DNA of 60,492 nucleotides, filler included, from Basidioascus undulatus (lineage: Eukaryota), in assembly GCA_000826855.1 (NCBI GenBank). It is 7 parts of 7 records of this genome, joined end to end, with 100 filler letters (N's around TTAATTAATTAA, not from the genome) between each part and the next. Parts side by side here need not be neighbours in the genome. Positions count along the whole stretch, not along the records: positions 17,344 to 25,909 come from JTLS01001373.1; positions 26,010 to 34,573 come from JTLS01001374.1; 5 more parts are not named here. The stretch is one strand, 5' to 3'. Position numbers and translations under genes: made by a program. Position 1 is the stretch's first letter. Each line of letters starts with the position of its first letter. This document shows, piece by piece, positions 23,712 through 34,673 of the stretch. The notes under the pieces were generated by a model. That model had not been told where the DNA came from. It searched no databases and worked only from the letters and a program-made list of their open reading frames with translations.

Positions 23712-25451
23712 TTTGACTGGATTACTAGGGGCGCTATAATGGGTTCAGCAGAGATTGGTGGCAGGAAGGCAAGAACGGAGGACGCGTTTGCCAACGCGGC
23801 AGCCCCGAGTAATCATCAGCAACAGCTTGCCGCGACAGGCCGTCGCTGCTCCAACGATGATCGAACCAAGTTTATCGCCTGTTATCCTGTTTACTCCAAT
23901 GTGCGACGACGAAAGGCAGATCAATGGAGCAAGAACGAACAGAGCTCTGTTCTCCAGTCAACGCGCTGCATCAACAGAAGCTTTCACCTATAGCTGTATG
24001 ACCCATGCGATTGCCGGGTTTTTACAAGCATCCGACTGGTTAGATAAGGTCTCTGTGAGAAAAGCAGAATGTAACTCCCCGTGCATTACTTGGCTTCCTT
24101 ACGACATCGTGACCGCACGGAGCACGACTTCGGTTTCTCAACCGGCTCATCTGGAGACAGTCAGACTAATGCATCTGGAACGGCACTTTATAAATTAAAA
24201 ATGCAGTTTTTTTCTAGATTAAACCGGTCGATTACCCCTCTACCTCACATTTTGTACCTTTCCAGGCCGCTGCGGCAGGACTAATCGAGGCCGGCGGGAC
24301 AGCGCGGAAGTCGATGGGGGCAGGTGCGCGACGTATTGGAAAGTGATGTATTGCATGGTTAGTTTCCAGAGATTGTTATGAAAGGTTATAGAATCGGTGG
24401 TGGGCCGGTTGAGGGAAGAATAGGTACATACTAGGTAGGCATGCTCTTTCAGCGAGCAAAAGGCGGCAACTGAGGGGTACAACACGCCCAAACCTGGACG
24501 CATGCTTAGTGGGTAATTTTCGTGTTGTTTAACAGGAGCACCTCAACTCACGCATCTTCCGCCTAGCGGGGTGCAGACCTCCATATCCCGGGCCCTCCCG
24601 GTCTGTCCTTGGAGTAAAAGAGGACGCTCGACTTTCTTCGAAGCGCATGGCAGGCCCCTGTGAATTCCAATTTGTCAAAATTTTCAGAGGAAACAATCTG
24701 GAAATATCCTGCCTGCAGCTGCCGCAGACCCCTGCGCTGCGGCTTCCTACAGTTTCCGAAGGTGCTCAACCGGTTCGCGTATTGATAATCCTCGGTAGCG
24801 CACCTATGGTCATCCGTAGTCGAAGGAGTATGGTGAGTATCACTTCCATAACGTCTCACAAACGGCCCACAGCCAATGAAACCTTCTCGTGAGGACCTCT
24901 GCTTTGCAGCCACCCAGGCAGTTGCTTCTCACCACAGAGTATCATGCCCACTTGCTCGCGCTCATGATAATGTTTTTGAAATCAACCAACCAAGCACAAC
25001 ACAACTTCCCCTTTCCGATGCCCTGCACATGCGAGAATCGGTCTGCATCGAGTATGCAGCGACTCTGGGTTTGTGCCGGGCAGGCTGCATGAATCAATTC
25101 GGCTCCCCGGTAGCGGTTTTCCAAGTCCTACCAGGGATCGCTTTGATCTTGGACTATTTTCCCAAAGTCTCGAAAAGACTAAGAGGACAGTCTTGGGCAA
25201 GTTCCGTTGTTGCGGCTGTCGTTGTCAGTGTCAACCCTGTCCCTGTCAGCAATTTCCGCCCGGCTCCTCGCGTCTTGCGTCGCTGCGTCGCGGTCCGCCT
25301 GCTCGCGCTCACTGAACCAACACACCTCTCAGGCCTCGAGCTTGCCTTGCTATTCTCTTTGAGTCTTCCGAACTCTCCTTGCACAACAATACCCCCTCTG
25401 CAGCTCCCCCAGTTTCTCATTCGCCAGTCTCCCGCCCTTCTCCTCACGATC

Positions 25452-25909
25452 ATGTTCCCGCTCCCGCCCACGCTCCGCCCGGCGATCGAGACGATCCTGC
25501 GCTCGTCCGACCTGTCCTCCATCTCGGCAAAGCGCATCCGCGCGCAGCTCATAGCGCTCAATGATCCCACTTTTCCCGAGGGCTTCGTCAAGTCCCGCAA
25601 GGGCGATATCGACGCGCTTATTATGGAGGTGTTCGAGTGCGTGTCCCCCTCTCGCCCCCCCCCACGGGTGTTCAGTTACTCGAGTCTGATGCGTGGGATT
25701 GCGTGGACAGGGAGGTGAACGAAGCTGCCGACGGCGCAGACGCATCCTCCGAGGAAGAGCCTCTGCGGCAGCGCGAGGCAGCGCCGACCTCCTCCCCCTC
25801 CTCGCCCAAGAAGCCCAAGAAGAAGCCGTCCTCCACCTCAACCTCCAACTCCGACGAGGCCTACGCGCGCGAGCTCTCCGCGCAGCTCAACGCTACGGGG
25901 CGCTCCTCC
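25452..25909 (+). CDS. DEK-C domain protein, Spp27/Uaf30/Tri1-like (SWIB domain expected downstream); 3' truncated
   Basis: LRPAIETILRSSDLSSISAKRIRAQL...IDALIMEVF, one intron, then SDEAYARELSAQLN. Confidence 0.75.
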
Positions 25910-26009
25910 NNNNNNNNNNNNNNNNNNNNNNNNNNNNNNNNNNNNNNNNNNNNTTAATTAATTAANNNNNNNNNNNNNNNNNNNNNNNNNNNNNNNNNNN
26001 NNNNNNNNN
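25910..26009. other. Artificial contig linker
   Basis: N44-TTAATTAATTAA-N44. Confidence 0.97.
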
Positions 26010-26839
26010 CCCCACCCAATTTTTGCCCATCAGACTCAAACAACAAACCACCGCGCTCTCCTTCCTTCCCCTCCCGCCGCCCCTCGTCCTCTGCAAGTCG
26101 CTAATCATCTCCACCCCTCCTTTCCCGTTCGCTCTTCCACCCGCGGCGGAGGAGGTTCTCCGTAAAGTGGGGAAGAAGGACCGCCCGCTCGAGCTGGAGG
26201 AGGCGAGGGAGGTCCTTGTGGGGCTGCGCCAGGCGGTCGGATACGGTGGGGTGCGGGTCATGAGGGTCCGATTGAAGAAGGTCAGGCCGTGCTTTTTGGG
26301 ATTTGTGGCGGAGTGGTTTAGCGAGCTGGAGGTGCTGGAGGTCTCGGGGGAGTTTGAGGTGGTGGGTGAGGCTGAGGGTCCGGTTCGTCTTCCTCTCTCC
26401 CCTCCCTCCGTCTTCCTCTTTCCGCTCACACAGTACTGATGTGACGAAACGTTCATCGAACCGAAAGACGCCCTACATCTACCCCCTTCGCCCCCTCTCC
26501 TCCCTCACGCACCTCTCCCTCTCTCTCCACCCACATAAGCTCGCCGCCGACCCGCCGCCGCTCCTCGGGTCCAAGCACTGGAAAGTCCGCGAGGAGGGCC
26601 GGCTGTATACGCTCATAGGCGCGTGGGCGCTCGAGCTCCTGCGCCTAAGGGGCGTAAGGCTGGGCGGCGTGAAGTGGGACGATGAGGAGGCAAGGAGCGG
26701 GGAGAGGTGAGTGCGGGGGGAGAGGGGGAGAGAGGAAGAGGACGCTGATTCTGTGGGGGTTGTGCGGGAGGGAAGGTTCGTCATTGAGCAGATTGTGGAA
26801 GACGGGGAGGAGTACGCGTGGGTGGGGAGGGTGAAATGA
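26010..26839 (+). CDS. 3' part of a hypothetical protein with LRR-like segments
   Basis: Exons containing FSELEVLEVSG and PLSSLTHLSLSL, a GTGAGT donor near 26707, and a last exon RFVIEQIVEDGEEYAWVGRVK*. Confidence 0.45.
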
Positions 26840-27544
26840 GGGCGTGGGACGCGCAGCGGTGCTCGGGAAAGGGTGCTTGCTGTCTATCTGATGTTCTGAA
26901 CGCTCGAGTGAGAGTAAGCTGCGCATGATTACAGAAGCGCTGCGGCATGCGCAGCGCAGAGTTCGGCACCTCTCGCGCTTCTTTAACAGTCACATGCAGA
27001 TTAACTGTATCCGGCGATATGTGCCAAAGGGCTACAGCGAGGCGCTGCGCGCTGGCTTGATGATGAGGGGTGAGTTGTGAATGAACCCACTGTCCGAGAT
27101 AAGGTGAATGATGTGCGGGGAGGTACATGATCCAGCGCGAAGGTTGCAAGACGTGCACTGGGAAGCGGAGGTAGTAAGGTCGAACGAGTTCAAGCGAAAC
27201 CGACGTATGTCCTATGGGAGGACGAGAAGAACGCAAAAAAAAAGGGACGACTATTCAGCGGTTCAGGACACATTGCGGCCGAGCAAGATGCGCTGATGCG
27301 CTAATTGTGCATTCAGCGAACGCGAAAGTGGAAACATGGATGATCGTGATGGTCGTGTGCGTCTGGTGAATCGTACAGCGTCCCCAAAAAGAAGCTCAAG
27401 ATGAACGAAGAATCTGCGCGAGAAATACTTGAGCGTGAGGGAGAGCGGCGGGAACGAGTGCGTTTTGAGGGTAAGCACCATGCAGCGGCAACGCCCCCTC
27501 CAAACCCCGATAATCTAGCCAACCCTCCCCGCATCCCATCAAGT

Positions 27545-28233
27545 CTAAGCCCTCCCTATCCCTCCCACACTTTCATCAGCATTCGCCCCCTTCACCCTCC
27601 AGCCACAGCGCACACGCACCTTTGCCCTTCCCCCTCGGCCCGCGCTCATACGCATTCGGGCTCGACGGCCTTCCCAGCTCCTGCACCTCGTCGCCATGCT
27701 CGCACGGCCCATCGTGGTGATGGTGGTGGTGGTGGTGGTGGCGATTTTGTCGTCGAGCCGGCTGCGCGCGGGACGTGTCCGGTTCTGAGTCGGAGTCGGA
27801 TTCAGAGGAGGAGGAGGACGATTCGTCCTCCGACGAGGACTCGTCGAACGCGCGGGGCTTGTGGTAGATGCAGCAGACTGTCCGGCACGCCCCTCTTCAG
27901 CTCGTCCCGCCCAACAACCTTCAAAAAAACAGGCGAAGCAGTCCCAAACGCACTCTTCGAGCTCTTCCTCCCGCACCCCTCATTATCCACCACCCCCTCG
28001 TCCCACGTTACCCGCTCGCGCCGCACCGGCGCGCCCCGCAGGCGGAGCACGCCGGCGACGTGTGCCTGCTGCGCCGGAAGCGCGCTTGGTCCCGCCGCTG
28101 CGCCCGCGTCGTCCGACGCCCCTGCGTCTGCGTCGGAGCGCTCGGGCGCGGGAGTGCCCGTTATGGTCATTGTGCGCGAGCCTGAGGGCGGCGCGCCGGT
28201 GTGCTGTGGAGGGGGGCGGGTGGCGAGCGACAT
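27545..28233 (-). CDS. YPI1: Type 1 protein phosphatase regulator Ypi1 (inhibitor-3/PPP1R11 family)
   Basis: VLRLRG...RVTWDEGVVDNEGCGRKSSK|ICCIYHKPRAFDESSS...PNAYER; RVxW PP1-binding motif; two introns. Confidence 0.93.
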
Positions 28234-28407
28234 CGGTGGGAAGGCTGGTTGAATGAAAGGGTGCTAGGGTGTGTTTAGGGGTTTGAAGAAGCAGAATGGA
28301 TTGGGAGTTGGAGGGAGGATTGGGGAGGAGCAAGAGAGACGATCGGTCGTGCGCCGGCTGTGCGCGATTGCTGAGGTCAGCCAGGAGACACTGACAAGCA
28401 AAAAGAG

Positions 28408-28486
28408 TGCTTGACCCGTGAATCGAACACGGGGCGGGTCGAAATTCAAATGGCAACGACCCAGGTTACCACTACCCCAGCCAAGC
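28408..28486 (-). tRNA. tRNA-Gly(GCC) with 8-nt intron
   Basis: GCTTGGC..GTCAAGCA acceptor, GGTCG-TT-GCC-A-[TTTGAATT]-T-CGACC anticodon arm, TTCGATT T-loop, downstream T5. Confidence 0.9.
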
Positions 28487-28733
28487 TTATGTTTATACTT
28501 CCGATTCTCATATTCAGAGTACTTGAGCTGCACAAGTAGGCAGCCTAGATTGATAGCCCTCCAGCAGTACCATTGCGACAGTGTACTGAAGAGTGAGCGG
28601 ATTCATTAGCAGGACAAAATGCTGGATCATGCGACCGTGTTACTCACACAATGACCTGGCAGCTGGCACACAAGCCAGAGCCCATCGCGCCTGCCAGTCA
28701 CTCTTCTTTCTTTTCGACTCCCACCTTCCCCTC

Positions 28734-29253
28734 ATGCCCCTTTACCGCGTCTTCCATCCAGACCTGCTGAGCCTCCCACAGCGGCAGGCCCTCGCACGGG
28801 CGATAGCTGACATCCACCACGGTATGCCAGCCCTTGATTGCCTTTCCCGTTCTTCGTAACTCACGAAAGTCGAGTCATCAGAGGTGACTGACGGCCCACA
28901 CGGTGGGGTGCGCGTCACGTTCACCGATACGTCGGGCGAGGAGGCGTACGAGGGTGGAGAGCGGATACGGGATAGGGTGGTGATTATTGCGAATCTGAAA
29001 GCGGGGCGGACGGTAGGTCAAGTTGGCCGCCGGCTGCCGGAGCTCCAGGTCTCGCTTTTGCTCATAGCGTCCGTGGAGCAGGATGAGCAGAAGAGGCAGA
29101 TCATTGATAAAGTCAAGGGGAAGTTCAAGGACATCACGGGAAAGGAATTGGCTTGTACGTGTTGAGTTTCTCTTGCGTGACGGTTCAGAGCTGACGAGGA
29201 GCGAGACCACAGGGATGTGGTTGCTCCCGACGATTACCCGGTCGCTGCTGTAG
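28734..29253 (+). CDS. Tautomerase superfamily protein (N-terminal Pro; cis-CaaD/oxalocrotonate tautomerase-like)
   Basis: MPLYRVFHPDLLSLPQRQALARAIADIHH|EVTDGP..VRVTF..IIANLKAGRT|DEQKRQII, two beta-alpha-beta units. The last exon is uncertain. Confidence 0.7.
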
Positions 29254-29351
29254 ACGATCAAACCAGAATGGATATACTGAAACGAACATTATATCTACTG
29301 AAGTATGTCGTATACTAGTGGGAAAACCAAGAGGAAGAAACATAGACGTGT

Positions 29352-29598
29352 GAAACGCACCCGTCAGGTTGAGCAGGACCATGAGGTGTCTGCCGGAGGG
29401 GGCAGGGGGAGCTTGTCAGTCTTCGCATCGAAGGATTTTAGCTGAAATGGACAGACAAAAATCCCTTGCGCATCGCTGCAGATGTAAATTACTTGATGGA
29501 CAACATGAACGCGACGCTCCCGTCAGTCAGGAAGAAGCTCGCGAGCGCTTCGGTGATGGGCCGGCTCGGGTGCTCGGAGCGCGACGGGCGGAGGTGCA
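29352..29598 (-). pseudogene. Duplicated internal fragment of the YTP1-like gene, with in-frame stop
   Basis: Aligns end to end with 34184-34429, including the intron; reads HPSRPITEALASFFLTDGSVAFMLSIK*FTSAAMRKG. Confidence 0.85.
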
Positions 29599-30407
29599 TA
29601 AGTGCCTAAATCCTGCTTAGGGAGCCCCCAAAACCTAAGTGTTGAGTAAGACAGAAGATATACTCTTAGCTCTAGGAAGCGATCAAACGGTCAATGGGCT
29701 GTTCCGTCTGACTAAGAGGGCTAAGAAAGGGAAGACGCGCTGGTAAGCCGCAAGGCAGCCGGCGATGCCAACCGAACGCCAGTGAATCTGGAATCAGGTT
29801 TTTTCAGAAGCCGAGCTGATGGACACAGATGACCTTTTACGGGTCGCATGGCCGCCAAAGGCGCAAACGGAAAGCGAACATCGGAGACGACACTGCGAGG
29901 ACATGGGCGAGCTCTGCCGACTTTCCCAATCTCTTCCCGGCAGTGGCTGCATCTCAATGTCCAGCATGCAGTGCGCAGGTCCGCCCACCACAACACGCCC
30001 AATGTCGTCCAAGGAACGACTTGCCTGAAGGATCCATCAATTCTCACCCACATCCACAAGTTTCCGAAGTGCAATTTGAGCGGCGCCAGCCCTAGCAGCG
30101 ACTTCCGTGTTACAGGCACGGCAGCCGTCCATTGATCTCAGCCCCGCGCTGCTATGTGCCTCTAATAGAACAAAATCACCAATAATTGACAAAGTAGCCA
30201 TGCAAACGTTGCATTTTCTTCTTGCACCAAGGCAGACTTGACGAAGGAGACGGGCTCTGCCCGCAACCCTTTTCGTATAAATAAAAAGGCGCGGGGAACG
30301 GGCGACGCGCCGCACGTCGTGTCAAAGTGCCAGCCAGTGCCTTCTCCAAGTTGCACGCCCACAATCTCCTCCGGTTCCCGCTCGTTCTCTCTTTGTCTCT
30401 CACCCTC

Positions 30408-33096
30408 ATGCCACCCCGAAAGAAGCCCTCCCGCCAGCGCCTCCGGTCTTCTCTCCCCCCGTCGCCGTCCACGCCATCGTCCAGCAAGAAATCCAACGGC
30501 AACGCTGGCGGCATGCTCCGCCGCGACCCCGCGACGCCGCTCATGGCGGACAAGGACCTCGGCGACTTGCTCGAGTCTGGCTCGGGCGTGAAGGGCAAGG
30601 AGAAGGAGAAGATTGAGCTTGGCGGGAAGAGCCATGAGGCGGTGGAAGCGGACGGGTTTGGGAGCATGGGCAAGCGGGATCGGGAGGCGATGATCCTCCT
30701 CGTCGTACTGTGTGCGTCCATCTCTCCCGTCGTTCTGTGCTCTGGTTTAGATCTAAGCCCTCCCTTTCTCCCAAAGACCTGCTCCAGGGCGTACCGACGG
30801 GACTTGCGTTCGGCTCGATCCCCTTCCTCCTCAAGTCCCGGCTGTCTTACTCGCAGATCGGGCTATTCACGCTCTCCACCTACCCCTACTCGCTGAAACT
30901 CCTCTGGTCGCCCATCGTTGACGCCTGGTTCTCCCCACGCCTTGGGCGGCGCAAGAGCTGGATCGTGCCCGTCCAGGCTGTCGTGGGCGCCATGATGTGG
31001 TGGATGTCGGGATGGGTCGAGGAGGCCATGGCGGAGGTGAGTTATCGGGTTTCTTGGTCAGGGCAGCAGAGGGCGAGAGATAGCAGAGGGATGGTGGGAA
31101 AGAAGAAGTGTGCTGATGCGGTGTGGCCGGTATGGCAGGAGGTACCGGATGTGAGGCGATTCACGTGGACGTTCTTCCTGTTGATCTTCTTTGCTGCCAC
31201 ACAAGGTACGCCTTTTCCCCCGAAATTCTTCCAAATGCCTACCCCCCTACACCCGCATCACTGTATCTGATCACTTCATGCACTCGTCGCGGGCACGCAG
31301 ATATTGCGGTAGATGGTCCATCACCTCACTCGCTTGGCCTTGAGCTCGGTCATTACCAGCTGCTGACGTATCACACATCGCACGCGCAGGCTGGGCTCTC
31401 ACCCTCCTTTCCCCTCCAAACCTCTCATACGCTTCGACGGCACAAACCATCGGCCTCAACACGGGCTACTTCCTCTCCTTCACCGTCTTCCTCGCCTTCA
31501 ACTCTGTCGAGTTCTCGTGCGTGGCCTCCTTCATCCTCCCAACGACTTCGGCCTGCCTTCGAAGTCTGTTAATCCCTCTATGTGGACAGGAACAAGTACT
31601 TCCGGAGCACGCCGCTCGACTATCCGCTCATTACGCTCTCAGGCTACCTCCGCTTCTTCGCCGTCACCTTCATTGTCGTCACGGCATGGCTGGCCTTCTT
31701 CAAGAAGGAGGTCAGTTTATGTTCCATTCTTCACCTCTATTCCTCCGACGCAGCCGCCGCTATGCAACGAGTTTATGTTGACCCGCTGAAACTTCGTTTT
31801 TCACCCTACAGGACCCGCCCGCCGAGGACGATCCGGACATGGACATCCGCAAGGTCTACTCGGTCATGTACAACATCGTCAAGCTCAAGCGTGCGTATCG
31901 TTTATCTGTTAACCTCTCCCCTTCCCCTATCTCCCCAGATTTTCGCCTACGTACCGCGCGTAGACGTCCAATCCTTCATCATCCTCCACCTCGTCGCGAA
32001 GATCGGCTTTCAAGCGAACGACGCCGTGACGTCCCTGAAGCTGCTCGAGCGCGGCCTCTCAAAGGAAGATCTCGCCCTGGCAGTCCTTATCGACTTCCCG
32101 GTCCAAATCGTCGGCGGCTGGCTCGCGGCGCGCTGGTCCACGGGCGCGAGGCCCCTGCGCCCATGGCTTGCGGCGTTCGCTGGGCGGCTGGTATACGCCG
32201 TCGTTGCTGCGCTCGTCGTTAAGGCTATCGCGCCTCCAGTGGGCACGGCAGTGTTTGTCGGCGTCGTGGCAATGACGCTTGTGGGCGGGTTCACCAGGTA
32301 CGCTATCACTCTCGGCGGCATGCTGAGGAGCGAGGACGCTGAACAGTGGGTGGACGGGGCAACTGCTGCTGCAGTACCATCCAGTTTGTCGGCATCTCCG
32401 CGTTCCACACGCAAATCGCAGACCCTCTCATTGGCGGAACCTACATGACTGTGCGCTTCACGGCCCTATTTCTTGCGATCGCTCGGTTCTGATATTACAT
32501 ATCTCGCTTCGCAGCTCCTCAACACCGTCTCCAATCTCGGTGGTACCTGGCCGCGTTACTTTGTGCTCAAGGGTCGGTCTCTGTCCTTGTTCGAATAGTC
32601 TGACTGCATGCTGACGCGTCTCGCAAAATCGCCTCATCATCCTATCACGCGTTCAGCCGTCGACTACTTCTCCGTCGCAACCTGCCATGTCCCCTCCACC
32701 TCTTCCAACGACGACATCCTCATCCACGGTACGTCCCCGTCCGCTCCCGTCCTTCCATTGCGCCTGTTGCTCACGCATTCCTCTTCACGCTCTGCCCGCA
32801 TCGAACAGCCGAGGAATGTGTATCGGACCACGGCAAACACGTCTGCGCCGAGCTCGGCGGGACGTGCGTTACCGAGCGCGACGGCTACTACGCGACGTCC
32901 GCGCTCTGCGTTCTCCTCGGCACGGCCATTTTGGTCTTCTTCATCCTCCCCACGGCGAGGAAGCTCGAACGTGTGTCCCTTTCCTCCCCACCGACTACGG
33001 GCGGTACTCGCAGAGCTGATCTCTTCTTTGTGTTTTCTTCCACGTGCAGGGTTACCCGCCAGCGCGTGGAGGGTCAAGTTGCCCGAGCGACTGTAA
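30408..33096 (+). CDS. Acetyl-CoA transporter (ACATN/SLC33A1-like MFS protein)
   Basis: LYLLQGVPTGLAFGSIPFLL, YPYSLKLLWSPIVDA, GRRKSWIVPVQ, ATQDIAVDGWAL and DPLIGGTYMTLLNTVSNLGGTWP motifs across many exons. Confidence 0.92.
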
Positions 33097-33558
33097 TCGG
33101 ATCTTGGAAGGGAGTTTCGCCGCGCTGTGTTTTCTTTCTTTTCACTCATTATTTCTCTCGCACATTGATTGGGTTAGATGGTATTGGAGTTCACTCTTCC
33201 CTGTAAGGGAATAAAGGCTCAGCTCCGCATTCTTGTCTCGCTGCATACGCAATACCCTCCCTGCCTGCCAACGTTCCGCATCTCATACTGTTGTTGAGGT
33301 TCTGTCGGCTGCACAGAACGACGCATACGGGCTTTAGAGCTGGGATGCAGGACGACAGGCTTCCATTCAGTTGTGAGGTTGCCGTGACGCTGGCAGTTCT
33401 GTCCAACCCACCGTCACCGGCGGGACCAGCACAGGGAAGGATCTGCAATGCAGCTGAACTATCATGTTCCATGCAAGACTAGAGTATGCTAGACCAGGGA
33501 GGAAGAAAAAGAACAGAGGAGAGGCAACGACGATGACGACGCGAGAGGGAAGACACGA

Positions 33559-33602
33559 GCTATGCCCCGTGCCTCCCCTCGCTATGCCCCGTGCCTCCCC
33601 TC
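33559..33602. repeat. 22-bp perfect tandem duplication
   Basis: gctatgccccgtgcctcccctc x2 in intergenic DNA. Confidence 0.85.
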
Positions 33603-33895
33603 CACAATTTATGTGTATGTATCGACAGCTGCTCTATGCTGGATATATTACGCGGAGAAAGTGTAAGCGTGCAATGTGCAGCGTATTGGACTAAGTATGA
33701 ACGGGATTAAGGGGGCTGTACGGGAATGCGGAAAATGGCCAGAAGGGGAAAGAGTGCGAATGCAAGTTGAGTATTGAGTGGGTAACCTGGGAAATGAACA
33801 ACAGAGCCTGGGAAGGAGAAAGGGGTGCAAAGATGACGGATGAACCGTAGAGAAAAGGCCATGGAGAAAACGGTGGAGGAAGAGGAGTAGAGACT

Positions 33896-34521
33896 CTAGA
33901 TATCAGACGGCGCGGCGAAGAGCGGCACGCGCGTCCCGTCCTCCTCGTCCCCGTCTCCCACTGCCCCTGTAGAGGCACCGCGCGACGCGGAGGTGAAGCG
34001 GAAGGTGCCGTGCGCGTGGTACTGCTCCGGGGAGGCGACACGCGCGGCGGCCCAGCCCTTGACGGCGAGGACGACGAGCGTCCAGAACATGAGCCAGCAG
34101 GTGATAGAGACTGTTTCAGATAAAAAATTGAAAGGTTAAATTCATAAGTAAGATGAGCAGAGGGTGGAAGTAAAGCGGGAAGGGAAACGCACCAGTCAGG
34201 TTGAGCAGGAACATGAGGTGGCTGAAGGAGGGCGAGGATGAGCTTATCAGTCTTCGCATCGATGGATTTTAGCTGAAATGGACAGACGAAAATCCCCTGC
34301 GCATCGCTGCAAATGTGAACTGCTCTATGGAGAACATGAATGCGATGCCTCCGCCGGTGAGGAAGAAGCTCGCGAGCGCCTCGGTGATGGGCCGGCTCGG
34401 GTGCTCGGAGCGCGGCGGGCGGAGGTGCACGAGCGCGTACGTCGCGCACCGGCAGGCCGCGAAGAGCGCGAGGAAGTTGCCGAAGAGCGCGTGCTGCGAG
34501 ACGGCGAAAGTGTACTCTTGG
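33896..34521 (-). CDS. YTP1: YTP1-family membrane protein, 3' exons (5' part lost at contig end)
   Basis: QEYTFAVSQHALFGNFLALFAACRCATY...PSRPITEALASFFLTGGGIAFMFSIEQFTFAAMRRG...LNLTVSITCWLMFWTLVVLAVKGW. Confidence 0.8.
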
Positions 34522-34573
34522 CTGTGGGTGGGGGCGAAGGGGGAGGGATGAGTGGGAAGGGCAGCGGGAGGGG

Positions 34574-34673
34574 NNNNNNNNNNNNNNNNNNNNNNNNNNN
34601 NNNNNNNNNNNNNNNNNTTAATTAATTAANNNNNNNNNNNNNNNNNNNNNNNNNNNNNNNNNNNNNNNNNNNN
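34574..34673. other. Artificial contig linker
   Basis: N44-TTAATTAATTAA-N44. Confidence 0.97.

Noticed and set aside
27060..27135. ATGATGA...CCGA...ATGATG as another C/D snoRNA
   Set aside because: No terminal CTGA at a suitable distance and no rRNA complementarity that I recognise.
27715..27741. Poly-His tract in YPI1 as a novelty
   Set aside because: His-rich low-complexity tracts are common in fungal Ypi1 C-termini.
29310..29640. Helitron capture of the YTP1 fragment
   Set aside because: A CTAG is present near 29315, but no GC-rich subterminal hairpin precedes it and no helicase remnant is visible.
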